Notes under the pieces: model-generated
What the model saw: only the letters and a program-made list of their open reading frames with translations
What the model was told of the DNA's origin: nothing
Databases searched by the model: none
Source: Pocillopora damicornis
Taxonomy: Eukaryota
Assembly: GCF_003704095.1 (NCBI RefSeq)
Contig: NW_020846294.1
Coordinates: forward strand, 310,001 to 374,000
Direction of reading: 5' to 3'
DNA: 64,000 nt
Made by a program: the position numbers and the translations under genes
In this document: in pieces, positions 24,088-37,689 of the stretch
Numbering within the stretch: position 1 is the first letter of the stretch
Layout: every line of letters starts with the position of its first letter

Positions 24088-25499
24088 GGTGAGTTTTTAG
24101 AATAAAAGTTGTCAAGCGATCTTTTTGAAACTTTTCCCTTCCAAATCTCTGTTTCGAGAATCGTAATTAAAAATATAGGTGACAGTGCCCGTTTAAGAGC
24201 AAAATACTATATCAGCTGTTTAACACTGATTGAAACAATTCGTGATGTTCCTGGAATGCGAACGAGCTTATTCATCTAAATACGCGATGTTATGCGCAGT
24301 ACAAAGACGAGTAGTGCAATATTGAGGAATCACCTTAAGCGAACATCAGAGCTATCTGTCAACTGAATTTACCACTCTGACATATTTCTCGACGTGGGCC
24401 AAATTATTCAATGATGTCATCATGAGAAAGTATATCGATATTTGGCGAGATGTTTGTACAACCATACACCTCATTATGTATACATGCAGTTCGTTGAATG
24501 TTGTCCGTCAGTAGCATTTTAGATGATAGAACCGACTAAAGTTCAAATGAGGCCTTAACTGCTGTCAAACTGATGTTAAAATCTTGTGAAAATGATTTAA
24601 AAATTCAAGCTTTCGCCGATCAACGACATCTTCATCATTTTATTCGTTTTGTATTCATATGTAAACCTTATCATTTATCTTATATATCAGTTTACTCCTA
24701 TCATTTCGATTTTACACGTTTTAAATTTATTTTTGTATTAAAACCCTACGCGGAACATTTTTCGTATCCCTGATAATGCCGTGGATCAGCGAAGGCTTGG
24801 ATCTTTTAAAGATTTTGAAAGGATTTTAACATCAAATTTTGTCAGTTTTCTACAAACAGTGTTGTACATCAAACAAAATGATGGCGAAAAAAATGGGTTG
24901 CCATTGGGACTAAGGTTTTGTTTTAGAGCAGTATGGGATTCTACGGAAATTTACCGTTTATTATACTCGTCTCCTGATTTTAAATACCGAGAGCTTGACA
25001 CATGTGGACCGTTATCACAGTTATAACGTGGCGCATATCACAATTATTGGTACGGACTGGCCAAACCGGTCCATACCCAGAACGAAGTTTTATTTCATAC
25101 TCCACCAATGAAGTCAGTTAACATAAGCAATGCTCAATTCTGCTTATATCTTCTTTGAAAATAATGTCTTCAGTTTTTTTTTTCAACGGTTTAATCCTAA
25201 AGCTTCGACAAGAGCGTTTTTCATTTAAGTGGTAGGGAACCAAAACCTTTATTGCAGCCAATTAGAATCAAGGAAAATATCAACTGAAGAGCCAATGAGA
25301 ATTCAAAGCGAATTAAAGCAAACTGCCTCAAGCGCGGAATTGTGATGGTGGGTGGGTTTATCAATCATAGCGCGAAGTTAAGAAAACCACTTCAATACCG
25401 GATTACCCTCGAAGTTCGATTGAAAATCTCTCACAAGAGAGGACCCAACGGAAACACGGATTATGCTTGACACTCAAGTACATAGTAATTGCCCCAAAT

Positions 25500-25630
25500 G
25501 TATGACCCAAGTTAACTTGCTAATGAATTCTTCATCCACGACTCAGTTGGCAGAGCGCATAGACGCGAAATCGGATGTGGTTCGACTCCGTACAGGTTTA
25601 CACGGATTCTATTTGTCTCAAGGAAGTGAC
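25500..25630 (+). mobile_element. tRNA-derived SINE remnant
   Basis: Pol III A-box-like CTCAGTTGGCAGAGCG (25542-25557) and B-box GGTTCGACTCC (25579-25589). No complete cloverleaf. Confidence 0.55.
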
Positions 25631-28607
25631 GCATAGTGCTTTTTCGACTGGAGGCCACTCCGCCGACTGTTCTGTGCTACGCAGAACATGGGATCCTGCA
25701 GATGACTACATTTCTCGAATTAAGTTGTGTTGTAAATTTGTTCTAGACCTTCCAAAAACATGTCTCTTATAATTTTGATTCATGGTGGCTGGCGTGATCC
25801 AGAAAAACTCAGCAGTGTTAATAACAAGCGGAAATCACACCTCCCCTACAAAGCTGGCTGTGCATGTTTTTTCCGGTCCAGAATTTTCTATTTCAGTCAC
25901 GTTTCTTCGAGTAGAAACATAACAAAGGAGATTCTTGTTATGTAAATTCAAATTTAAGTTTCTGTTTAACTAAAAAGCGTCTTAGGAAAAGAATCATGTT
26001 TTAGTTGAACTTAAACTTACTATTATTTTGAAGGAAATGATGAATTTAACTTTGTTTGTGAAACATGATGATAAATTCACAGTGTGTATTAAATAAACAA
26101 TTGAAAAGGATTGTTAGATCTTTGATATTGAGACGGCTGTAATTCTAATGAGAGATAAACTTGAAAATATTTTGCCCGCACAAGGTTATTAAGGGTTAGT
26201 TCACATGATGCTTTGATAAAAATAAGTTTTGAAACTCTCGCTAAATAAAAAAAAAAAATCGAAAAATCGGTAATTCAGTTAAGTTGTAAAGCCATGTTTT
26301 AAATAGAACTTTTACAAATTGTAAACAAAGAATAAAATTGGGAAGATTTTATTTGGCGATATGAGGTTAATGGAACGTGCGTGAAAATTAAAGTTGCTGC
26401 AAAGCATACCTCGATTTGCTGGATACAGAAACGAATCCCTGCCTGTCCCTTTCAATTCTGTTTATTTGCCGTTTTCTGTCACAGTTGTATTTAGAGTGGT
26501 TTCATCTCTCTTTCCTCTCTTCTCTTGGCTTTCTGACTAACTCTCATACTGTAATAACTCTATATAGTCTATATAGTACACGCTTTCATAAGCACCATCG
26601 ATAGACGTGAGTGGGTATGCGAGCCGATTGACCTTGAGAGTTTTAACATTTTTTATCGGAAATCTAAACCAACACTTTCACAAGATTTTCACAAATGAAT
26701 AAAAACGTACTTGAACAGCTTTTGAAAACCAGTTCGGTTCTAGGGCAAGGTCAGTGGAAGTTATTGTTAGCTAATCGTTTCATCAACTGTTAACACGAGC
26801 TTAAGGGAAACTGCATGCATGACATTGCAGGCCCTCAACCTGATCACAAACCAAAACAATTCTAAACACTCTGAACAAGGTACTCGAAACGACATGCAAG
26901 TTCGAAGAATCCGTCAACGAAGCAAGACTGTCAAAATTGGGAAACTTTTTGTGATAGCTAAACCTTGGATAACCGACTTTATTTTCGAAGATGCTCAGTA
27001 GAAACAAATTACTTTGTCCTTGCTCAAACATAAATGCTTCACAGAAGCGTCAGGAAAATCAGCTTTAAATTTCTAAAACTTAACTCCCTGAATCAGCTAA
27101 TACTTGTTTGCGAGATCTTGGAAAGGTTCAAATTCTTTTTTGTATTAATAGGGTGTTTTACATAGCAAAGAATATTCTGCCTCACGAAACGCTTTATCGC
27201 CCTTGTTTTTTATTGAATGGAAATTTTAAAACACCTTTCATGCGATTTTGCCCTCGTTTACGTACCATAGTCCGTAAGGAAGCGAATATAGCTGTAATTT
27301 CGTCAAGAATAGAATTATTTGCGTCACACAATGAATGTATATAACTTCTCAACTCACCTCAGTCAATCGCTTTAAGAGGTTATACACATGTTTATCGACA
27401 AAGCTTCTTTCACACTTTGTTTTAGTTGATAAAACTACGTGTTAAGGGAGAATCCGAAGTCGGCTGTCGTCGTGGCTGTCGTCGGAATTTACCGCCCGCT
27501 AAATCAGTTACACGTTATCATTATTACTTCAGAGTCCACCGGTCATTTCCGGTGTCACGTAATCTAACCTGTCATGTAGCACTATTATGGTCATGCCAAC
27601 AGCGTATCGGCGGCAACCTAGGCCTGAACATGGTTCCACTTTATTATGAACTCCCAGAAAACCGTCCTCTTTGAAAATCTGGTTAAACTGAAATCTCAAA
27701 TGACCTGATATTTGAAAAACCAATGACAATCAATCATTCTATTTTACTAACAATAGAAATGACTCATGAATTTTTCAGCATAGAGCCAAAGTGCAAAGTA
27801 TTGAACATTTGTGACGTCATTTCTATAAACGATACTTTAAATAGACAGTAGTAAATTGGTTTTGACCAAACAGCGCATGAACGTGAAAAAGTAGGGGAGG
27901 GAGATTACAACTGCTGAAAGAGGCTATAATTATTCAACTGATTGGGCGTTTGCCTCTGGAAAGCCGCTGACAAGATCTGTTGAGAGATCTTCAAATGTAA
28001 CGCTGCTGGTATACAACACACTGAATTAGGACATTTTGTCGTTGCTTGTACCGTTCTACTTGGTGCAAAATAGTTTAGAAGGTAAATCTCATTCAGATGC
28101 CTGGAAAGATGTCAACTAAACTTCCTTATCGACGTCACTACGGGAACACCTATTTTTTTTCCTTAGGCGCTTAGCACGTGCGTTGTTCCGTCGGAGTTTG
28201 AAATTCTGTGAGCGTGGTAGTAATGTGCCTGTTAAGCTTAATCGTTTTTTTAAAACATGCTCAGCACCGAGAAACCTGGGGCATTCCTTACTCTATCCTT
28301 TCAGCTTAGCGGGAGTGACCCGAAGGCTTACGGCGAGACATATTTGAAGATGGACATGCTTCGCATGCAAGAGTGATTTTTCGGATTGGTGGTTTGCAAT
28401 GAGATACCAAGTAACTGATGTTTGCATTTTTGTAAAAGAAATAGAACCTTTACTTTCAAAAGATTACAATGAAATATCTCTCAGTAGAAAGAAAAAACCT
28501 TCCAAGTTATCTGAAATAAACTCATACATACGTATTTTATGGCACATTACCACTGGTGTCTGAATAACTGCTGGCAAAAATAAACTGCATTGGTGCCACG
28601 CTTCCTG

Positions 28608-28700
28608 TAGTCTCATTCACAGCCATTGTTTGGTCTCGTCACGCAACGCGGTTTCTCCCTTGCTGCGTGACGAGACCAAACAAAGGCCTTCCGGCAGGAT
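28608..28700. mobile_element. Palindromic MITE
   Basis: Perfect 20-bp inverted repeat TTGTTTGGTCTCGTCACGCA (28626-28645) / TGCGTGACGAGACCAAACAA (28664-28683). Confidence 0.7.
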
Positions 28701-31345
28701 ATGATGATGCTTACTGCCTTTCCTTCGTCAGAGACAAAATCAAAATTGCTCAGTGACAGCAAGTTGCCTCAAAAATACTCTTCCACATAATTTTGTTAAT
28801 GTCTTTCTTTGTGTGTGTCAATGTAGAGTTGATTCCGTCGCAACACATTGCGGTACCCTAATTTTATGAAATGATTGGCATGAAGGACGATACCCTGACG
28901 CTCTGATTAGCGCAAGCATACCTCAATGCTGTGATCTGATTGGTGCCAGATACATACCCAAATGTGGTGATCTGATTGTTGCGGGCAGTATAACGATATG
29001 CTAAAAGAGTTTTTTTGTTTTTTTTTTTTTGCAAAAAAAGGAATAATAATAACTGAAAACGTTTATGAGCACTGAGGGAAAGGGGAGGGGAAGACAAGAA
29101 ACTTTCCATCCCATTCCCCCTGCTTTTATTTGGTTTTTTTAATTTTTTCCGGCTCTCTCTCGCCCCACGCCTTCGCATATAACCTCCTTTCAACTCAAGC
29201 TTCTCTTGTTTGGCTGACAGGAAATGGAGTTAAAAAAAGCGCTCGTGGAAGAAAAGCAAAATTGCATCCGTACGTCGTTTGGCACTAGTGTCTCAGTAAC
29301 GTCTGTATCTAATTACTCTTGCGATCCTCAAATCAACTTCCTAACAAATAACAACACATTTCCTCTTTACCCACTCTTAAGATTTTATCGGAATATATTA
29401 AAATAGTATCGGCAATTTAAAAGTTTTTCTAACTCTGATTACTTGCTTGTTTAGCAATGTATTTCAATCGTAAGGAGAAGTTAGAAGCTGATAATCAAAG
29501 AGAGAAAAGTCGGCTACCTGCGAGCAACTTATTAGTGATGAAATTCAAGCATCAGTAGGAACAGCTTTGTTCAAATGAATGATTACGATATGCGTCATGA
29601 AACTTATGTTTCTTTCTCGTTTATACTCGAGTTTTAATCGTGAACCGTCAATGATGAACTAATACTAAATTGGCGCATGGCTCTCTTAGACCTGAGAACG
29701 TCGCAGTTTGTCTGATTGTGTTAATTAAGCTGGTCCCCTAAGTTATGCGAAGTAAGCGCTAAGTAAACTCACGACAGTTAACATTGTGTTCACTTAAATA
29801 TTCTGTTTATGCAAAATATGTTTCTTGTCTTAGCAATATCACTTTCTCACTTAACTAACAATTAGTGAGCTCAATTCTCACTTACCTTTTGTAGAAATTT
29901 CAGGCATTTCGCCAACATGGAAAACTTTCGCAAAGTCGTTGTCAAACTGCTCAATTTACACGACCGGAAACGGCAACAAAATGATTAAAATGCAAACTGT
30001 TAACACAACGATCGTGTACTTATAGAGAAACAATAAAACACTGTGTTTTCCATGCGGAACGGAGTTAGAGATTGTTTGTGTTCAAGAACGCGTATAACTT
30101 AGGCAGAATCGAAAATATCTCATTCATAGGAAGCATAATTTAAGAATGGCATCTGTTAATTCTGACGTTAACGAGAGAAACGTTGTTCAAACAGCCACAA
30201 TACAAACCAAACAATTTGTTTGGAGTCATTAATAAGAAAACTGACGTTCTTAATTGATATAACGTTTTTAGTTGGCTTTGAAGTATAGCTGTTTACCGCT
30301 TGCAGAGTTATAATTGCCGCCTAAGTTATTCCATTACAAGACTTTGTACTTGTTATAATTTACGATTCTTAGACTCGACGAAAGCACATACTTAAACATA
30401 CCTGAACGGAGAGATTTTGTATCTCACGATCCTTTGTGGTTTGTTGCCTTGTATGATACTTTTGGGACTGATNNNNNNNNNNNNNNNNNNNNNNNNNNNN
30501 NNNNNNNNNNNNNNNNNNNNNNNNNNNNNNNNNNNNNNNNNNNNNNNNNNNNNNNNNNNNNNNNNNNNNNNNNNNNNNNNNNNNNNNNNNNNNNNNNNNN
30601 NNNNNNACCCGGCGATAATTAATGCTGCTTCCTTAAATAGGTTTACGAGGTAAGATTTCGTGCGTGAAATAGATTAGCTAATTAGAAGCCCGAGTCTTAA
30701 AATGTAAGCCGTTCTTGGTCGCCAAAAGGGGGGTCATGGTCCCAGGCGTTCCTTGCGTAAACCGCGGAAACTGGGGATGAGAGTGCGACAACTTGTATTA
30801 TCATGAGCTCGCTTTTCTTAAAAAACTTAATTTATAGAATTCTATATTTTGTGAGGACCGCTTTGCAAAGATTCCTGTCTTATACGCTCAAACGCACACG
30901 CCGTTCGTGGTAGGCCCACACTAAATGATGTCGAGCGTTTTCGGAATGGGCCGGTCCACGAGCTCCATAACTTGAAAGCTAGCCAAATGTGCAAAGTCCA
31001 TACTAGTTCTCAAGAGATAACAAATGAGCCATATGTAAGTTCAAACTACGAAAATAGTGGCAAAACTGTGACAGTCGATTTAACAACTACCCATGATGCT
31101 GAGACGAGCACCTCACTTGCTGAAAAAAATCAAGAATGTTCGTGAACACAATTTCGAAGGTGGCGGTAACAACAGCCAATTGAATGAGGATACTGACAGA
31201 AGCAACTTGAATAGTAAGGTCAAATATCTAAAGCTTAGCTCGTCCGTTAAATATCCTGTTTCTTTTATTGGTTTTTAATGGGTTCAAGTGGCACTGGAGT
31301 GATCGATATCGAAAATTCCCCATCCCAGGTCCCGGATGTGGTTTC

Positions 31346-31424
<79 letters not shown>
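31346..31424. repeat. (GT)n(AT)n microsatellite
   Basis: Visible dinucleotide run. Confidence 0.95.
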
Positions 31425-31425
<1 letters not shown>

Positions 31426-32357
31426 ATTTTTACGCGTGGTTAATGCTCGATTGAAACGCTCGATACGAAGCTCGAGCGAACGCTCTTCGAGCGTCTAGTT
31501 TCTAATAACCATGCTTTAGCGTAATTTTTTTTCAGTTTACTCTTATATACAACGCAATTTTCAAAACTTGGTAGAAACTCTGTAGCTTCTTGGCTCCATA
31601 ATTAATGTAGGAACGGGAATTGTTAATGTTTATGGAAATTACCACAATTCGATGGCAAACTAAGATATTTTACAAGCCGTCAGGTGATGATAATTTCCGA
31701 AAAGCCGCTCAAAATTCGAAAAATGCACCGAATACTCCCCAACAAAATCGAGCAATATCATGGACGGACATGACATATTCATTTCTAAACGTTTGATGCG
31801 TGAGTTTTTCAAGAACAATTGTCGATATTTGTTTGCATACATTTCCGAGGCTTTCAATGACCACCTAAGGTCCTTTATTAGTAGTCTTGCGAGGCATTCA
31901 AATATGAAGACCAAGACTGTACTTTGGCATATTTGTGATACGAGTGAGCACTTGATGTGTTATTCTATTTATGCTGTGGGTACTAGTCACATTAAATATT
32001 ATAAAAAGGTCGAAAAATTCAGTGCTGGCGGTCGGTGTCTTGTCGGTTTTTTAACTTTACTTTTTACTTAACCCCGCACGAAAGAGGATGGATAACCATT
32101 ACTGAGAAACAAGAACAGGTGACAACACCTTTATCCCGGAAAACGCTAATGATAAAAGTAAGATAATTTCAGTTCTGATTATTTCCCCAAATACTCAAAG
32201 TACAAGTGTGAACTGGCAAGATCAAAGTGAACCGCTCTAAAGTTTTATGGACTTTCATTGGCACTAGATAAGAATGAACCGATGGCCAAATACAATTTGT
32301 GGCAAAAAGTACCATTTGCACTTGTCTCAAAGTTGCCGTTCTACTTTGTCGCCTCAA

Positions 32358-33290
32358 TGATGGCGGATGAAACCAACTGCAGAAAAATGGCTGAAGCTCA
32401 CCCTAAAGAACTCTCAAAATTCTGGCCTTCTTGGAAACTCTACCACTGTTTCAATTACAGTGCGAAACAGACGGACGAGGACAAATCTGAATTATATCAT
32501 TGCTAACATGGCGGCATCAGACTTGCTTATGTACGCATGTGAACCTTTACCGTTCCAAACAAACTATGGAAGATCGTACTTGATCCCCGTGCCTGACTGA
32601 TAGAATGGACTGTAGGGGCCATTTTGTGCGTGCTCTTTCATTTCTTCCTAGATCTTTGAATAGCTGTGTCGATTCAAAGCCTGGGTATCGTTTCAATAAA
32701 AAGGTACAGACCCATAGTGCATCCAATCCTCCCCGCAATCATCACGCCAAAACGATATAAATTGATCATTTCCTCAACATGGCTCGCATCTGTGTCGCTA
32801 CGTGGAATAGATTTCGACACCACTCGTCTTAACTCTCATAAAAACGCATTGACTTGTGATCTCAGTTAAGCCTGAGAGCTAACATTGACAATACCAAGAC
32901 ACAAGTGGAGTATAACACCGTGCTGTGAGTATCACCGGTTCTTGTACCTTTGTCTGTCATAACTTTCAGTTATTCAAAGACTTTCAGTTAGAGTCTGAAA
33001 AATAAAGAAGCTGTTATGAACTACTCTTCACAACAATTTCATTGGCAACGAGCTGAAAATACGAAATTTTTCAAGAACATTTGTACCATTGTGGTTTCAT
33101 TTTGCATGTTGCGTTTATCCAACTTATGTGTATGGGATTTTATTTTCTTTCGTGTTGAAATGGAAAATGCCATGTAATATGGACCAATATGGTGTCTTTT
33201 CTCATTTTGCCTTGAATTCAAACGCTACAATTTCCTCAGTGACGTCCGGTGTGTATAAACAGCTACCGCCGAGGGCTTTCAAAGTTACAT
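32358..33290 (+). pseudogene. Class A GPCR pseudogene, paralog of 41184..42251
   Basis: Colinear fragments in shifting frames: MADETNC, LLGNSTTVSITVRN..LNYIIANMAASDLL, SIQSLGIVSIKRYRPIVHP..ITPKR, FACCVYP..KWKMPCNMDQYGVFSHFALNSNATISS. Stops, frameshifts and a TM1 deletion. Confidence 0.85.
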
Positions 33291-35304
33291 AGGAGCTAAC
33301 TTTCTGCTTAGATGAAAATAAGATAATTTTACTTTCCATATTTTCTAAATAATAAAAACAAGAGAATATAAACTGTAATTCATATTATCTTGATAATTGA
33401 AACTTAAATGTGGAAATTCATAAACAAAGGAAAAAAGGGTTTTCACAAATTTTCTAGCTTGACATTTTGATGATCTGAAATGACATATTTAAAACGCTTT
33501 ACTCAAAGCTTTCGTGATAAAATTTAATAAAATTCGACTCCATAACAAATGTGTCATAACTGGAGGAAACTTAATACGCGTCGAGACAATATTTGCACTT
33601 CATTCGAAAGATCCTCTGAATATTGTCAGACACACACTAGTCAGCTGAAGATTAATTGAGAGCGCTATAAATTACATATTATCGTAAAGGAGCTGGAAAC
33701 ATTTCTGAAATCATTAAAAATGAAAGAAGTCGCATTTTCCAAATTATAGGTGCACAGGAAACTACAGAAGATTTCCTTTTTAACCGCCCACAAGCTAATA
33801 AGATATTAAATATCAAGGCCGAGGCGCATTAATGCTTATTTTGTTTGGCGAAGTTATAAATCTGTCACCAAGTGACGTAAAAAAGAGGCGACCCTAGTTT
33901 AAAATCTAATGAGAATTTTTGTTGATCGTTTAAATTGACCAAATCTTTAACAAAGGAGCCTAGCTTCTGCCACGATGGCTTCCAACTTTTAACCAAACAA
34001 ATACATTTGTTTTCATACCCATTTAACTGTCATATTATGTAAGAAATTTCTGGATATAATTACAGCGGAAAAGTAGAAAGTAGATGCTACCCTAAAAAAA
34101 GGCTGCTTACGATAGTGCGCCAAGTATGCAAAAAAGAGCACTTCGTTATTCACTGAGACTAGAAGACAAAATTTCACAATAACCCGGACGCCGCTGAAAG
34201 AACATCCATTCTTGACTTGTTTTCTCCGAGTCAGAGCTAAATTGGTTTGTGATTGACATTTCTGTCCACCAGTAAAGTTGTGGTTAAAACATAGTAGATC
34301 GATGCGTTGAAATTACTAAAAATTCTTTCAAGGTGGACCTGAATCTTAAGTGGGAGGAAATGAAAAATAACGGTTCCGTTGCGATATTATGTAAAAAACG
34401 TTAGAGTATAGCTTTCCAAAAATTCTTCAGTTGAATCAATTAAAGAAGAAACGTTGTCGTTAAGCCTTTTCAATTATTTATTATTTCACTGTCCCTTCTT
34501 AAGACTTCCCGGTTTCGGTTTCCTATTTTGCTGAAGCTGAGAATCATCTTTCATAGGGCATCCCGTATTTACATATAAGGTTACGTGTTAAAGCAAATGC
34601 TTGCGTTGTGTGGGAAATTTACAAAAAGTTCCTCTTTAAAAGAAAACAGTTTCCTTCCTCCCAATTTGAGATTTCAGAGTTTCTGCACAAACCCCACCAA
34701 TTGAACTTTAGAAGGTAAGCAGAATTCTTGATTGACTTATCTTTTTAGGCTGCCTTTGGCGAGACATTTTTATGGTTAGCAAAAGGACCGATTGAGAGCG
34801 CCTGCAGTAAAGCGAAGTTAAAGTTAGGTCTGAAAAGCCTTTTTTAGTAATTCGTTGTTATACTGATGGATATCTAGGGCTGTATGACTGCTCTGCCGGC
34901 TTGCAGAGCAAGAAAAAATTCATTTCTCAACTCTCATTGGGGCTGCGAATTGAGCTTGCGAGTTTGAAGGCTGTACGTGATACGAATGTGCAAAAGGTCT
35001 GTGACGGTCTATTTTGAATTCCTACTCCATGAAATTAAATATCCTTTCAAATTCTGATTTCACAACATTATAAGGCTGTAATGCAATTGAGATCCTTTCG
35101 ACAAAGAGCTCAAGTTCACATCGTTTCGCGTCACTCTCTTTTCTTTCACGAGACTCCTTTAAGAATATCGACGATAGTAACATCCACTGCAGAGTTTACA
35201 AACANNNNNNNNNNNNNNNNNNNNNNNNNNNNNNNNNNNNNNNNNNNNNNNNNNNNNNNNNNNNNNNNNNNNNNNNNNNNNNNNNNNNNNNNNNNNNNNN
35301 NNNN

Positions 35305-37502
35305 ACCTGAATTAGCAGCGTTATCGTGCCATGAGATAAAGTTAAGTGAGGGTAAAGACACAATCAGTAAAAAGTACTGGTTGGATCCTACTGGCATTGG
35401 GAAACCAGCGTTGGTTTACTGTGATATGAAAATGGAAGGTAAGTGATATTTCCTTTAATAAAATTTGAACTAAAGCGCTCTTCGATTGAGTATCTTAAAA
35501 CGTAAAAACGAGCCAATCAGAAGGAAGGAAAATGCCTTTAAGAGCCAATGGGAACTCAGTGCAAACAACTAAACTTCTTAAAGCGCGGGAAGACGCGGGA
35601 AAATGCCGGCAACCCAGTCGTGATTAAAGCGGGTAAGTTTCCAAAGAAACTGTAGTTCTGCGTCTCTGGGAGAGTGTAACAGGGTAATTTATTATTATCA
35701 ACTGATTTGATAAAGTAAATTGGTCACCGTAAAGATTATCAAAGCTGACGTTTCATGCGTTAGCCGTTTCGTCAGAAGACCAAGTCGTGATTGGTTTTAT
35801 TTTTCATCTGATTGGTTGAGAAAGGGGCGTGCGTTTTCTGTACTAATCACAGAGCGAGGTAAAGCAAAACCGAAGCAATCACACTTGCCTATTTCTTAAT
35901 TTTTTTTTGTATGGAGCCGCTGGCTTTCTAAGTTTACTTTCAACTACTTTTCACTCAGATATTGATGAATGCAAAAGTGACAAACCGGTCTGTGACGTGA
36001 ATGCAAATTGCATCAACACCTATGGCTCATATAATTGCTCCTGCAAAGAAGGATATACTTGGGATGGACGATCATGTTTAGGTAAAAACGAAGTGATTTT
36101 TAATTGCGCTTACTTTTTCGCTTCATTTAATAAATAGATTATGCGATGCCGTGCGCCTGCCAAATAATATATTATAGCTTACGTGAAAATGGGGTAAGAG
36201 CAAAAGAGCGGTACACGAAAAGCGGCCGGGTGAGTTACCGATGTTCTTACCACATGTTGACGTCTTTTGTGATCTATCACTGGACAGAAAAAATAGCAAC
36301 AGGAAATATATTTGTTTGATACGATGAAAAATAAAATGTTGTTAATGGTGACGTCATCTAAGCGTCTGCCTTCCGATAGACCATATATAAGAACCAATCA
36401 AAATGCGTGTATAATTCGGCTCATCAAATAATAATTTATTTATCATACGATACTTCTGCTTAAGTGGAAGACGTGTTGGTAATGTGAATGGAAACTGCAC
36501 CATCACAGGTTTTAAAGCAAACATAAAATTTTCTATTTCTTTTTTTTTTTTAAAAAAAAGCTCTTCGTCATCCCTCCGTATCGTTTATGCGTCGGGTTTA
36601 AGTAGGCGACCATTTTTTGTTATCCACCACGCAGTGAAACCTCAAGTACGATGGTTGTTCTTAACCTGATAAACGTATCTTCCCACAGAAACTCAGCGTA
36701 GGCAAAAGTCAACGCGAGTTACAAAACTGCCGAAAAAATAAGATCATTGGAGAAAATGCGTATTGTTCTTGCGACATTTAATTACAGCAGAAACGAACTT
36801 ATAGAGCAGTGATATTAGCAACAAAACGTGTACTCGTTGATTTTTATTGCACGATATTACGCGCGTTTTCTTCCGCATGGAATACTTCCCTAGCTCATTG
36901 ACTTATTTAGGAAGGAGTGGCGGGGGAAGAGGAACAAATGCCTCTTAATTCGTAGCTTTCTGCTCGATCTCTCTGAAACTCCTGCAATCAACAAACACGT
37001 TACGTCATTGCAAACCCATGATGGTTTAAAATTTGAAAGTTTCAAATCATTAATCGTAAGGAATTCCGAACCGAAATCCACACGTCACATGACAATAAAC
37101 CCTTATTTACGACCACGATTGCCATTTCATCTTCTAGCCGATGCATGTTTCCACTACAAAAATCTGAGTGACGCTACAAGAAAGAGCACATACAACACAA
37201 GCCATGACGTCTATGATGACGACAAACTCCCTATGGGCTGGTACCGTTTTATGGGAGCCGCAGGAACAAAAATGCCAACAAAGTGTGTTCCGGAATTCAG
37301 ATGTGGCACATATTGGTCGGGCTGGCTTAAAGGTAACCTTCCTACAGTGGAAGATGGTGAAGTAACTAGGACGGTATGCTTTAGAAGAGGCTCCTGTTGC
37401 AGGTATACAGTGAAAATTTCTGTGAAAAGCTGTGGATCCTATTATATATACAAACTCTTTGCGACACCATATAGTAATATGCGCTATTGTGGTTCAGACT
37501 GA
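35305..37502 (+). CDS. Uromodulin/GP2-like protein without ZP domain: SCxEIK..YWLDP..VYCDM module + Ca-binding EGF + D8C/D10C domain (5' end lost in gap)
   Basis: Exons <35305..35438 (donor G|GTAAGT), 35959..36081 (DIDEC..CINTYGSYNCSCKEGY), 37138..37502 (GWYRFMGAAGTKMPTKC..CGSYYIYKL..RYCGSD*). All phase-1 junctions. Confidence 0.85.
35626..35778 (-). mobile_element. Short Penelope/retrozyme-type insertion carrying a minimal hammerhead ribozyme motif
   Basis: Minus strand CTGACGA-AACGGCTAACGCAT-GAAAC-GTC (35775..35747). Flanked by a 14-bp direct repeat ACCCAGTCGTGATT (35612-35625) / ACCAAGTCGTGATT (35779-35792). Confidence 0.65.
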
Positions 37503-37689
37503 ATGTCGACTAACTTCGCGTTGTGAGAGAATTTTTAGATCGGGCTTTAGTCCATTAACATGTACGTCTGTGAATATATTTAGTCCTCTTTTTTTCTCGT
37601 AGTAATTATTATTGTCATACTCAGCAACATTATAAAATAGGTTGTGGTTTTTCATTGTGGTTAATAATGCTTTCAAAGGAGAGGTATTA

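Noticed and set aside
25540-25600. Possible tRNA gene
   Set aside because: A and B boxes present but no acceptor or anticodon stems; better explained as a SINE head.
30434-30472. Peptide VALYDTFGTD resembling the ACSL motif VPLYDTLG
   Set aside because: Only ~10 residues, opposite strand to both ACSL genes, no splice context, runs into a gap; likely chance.
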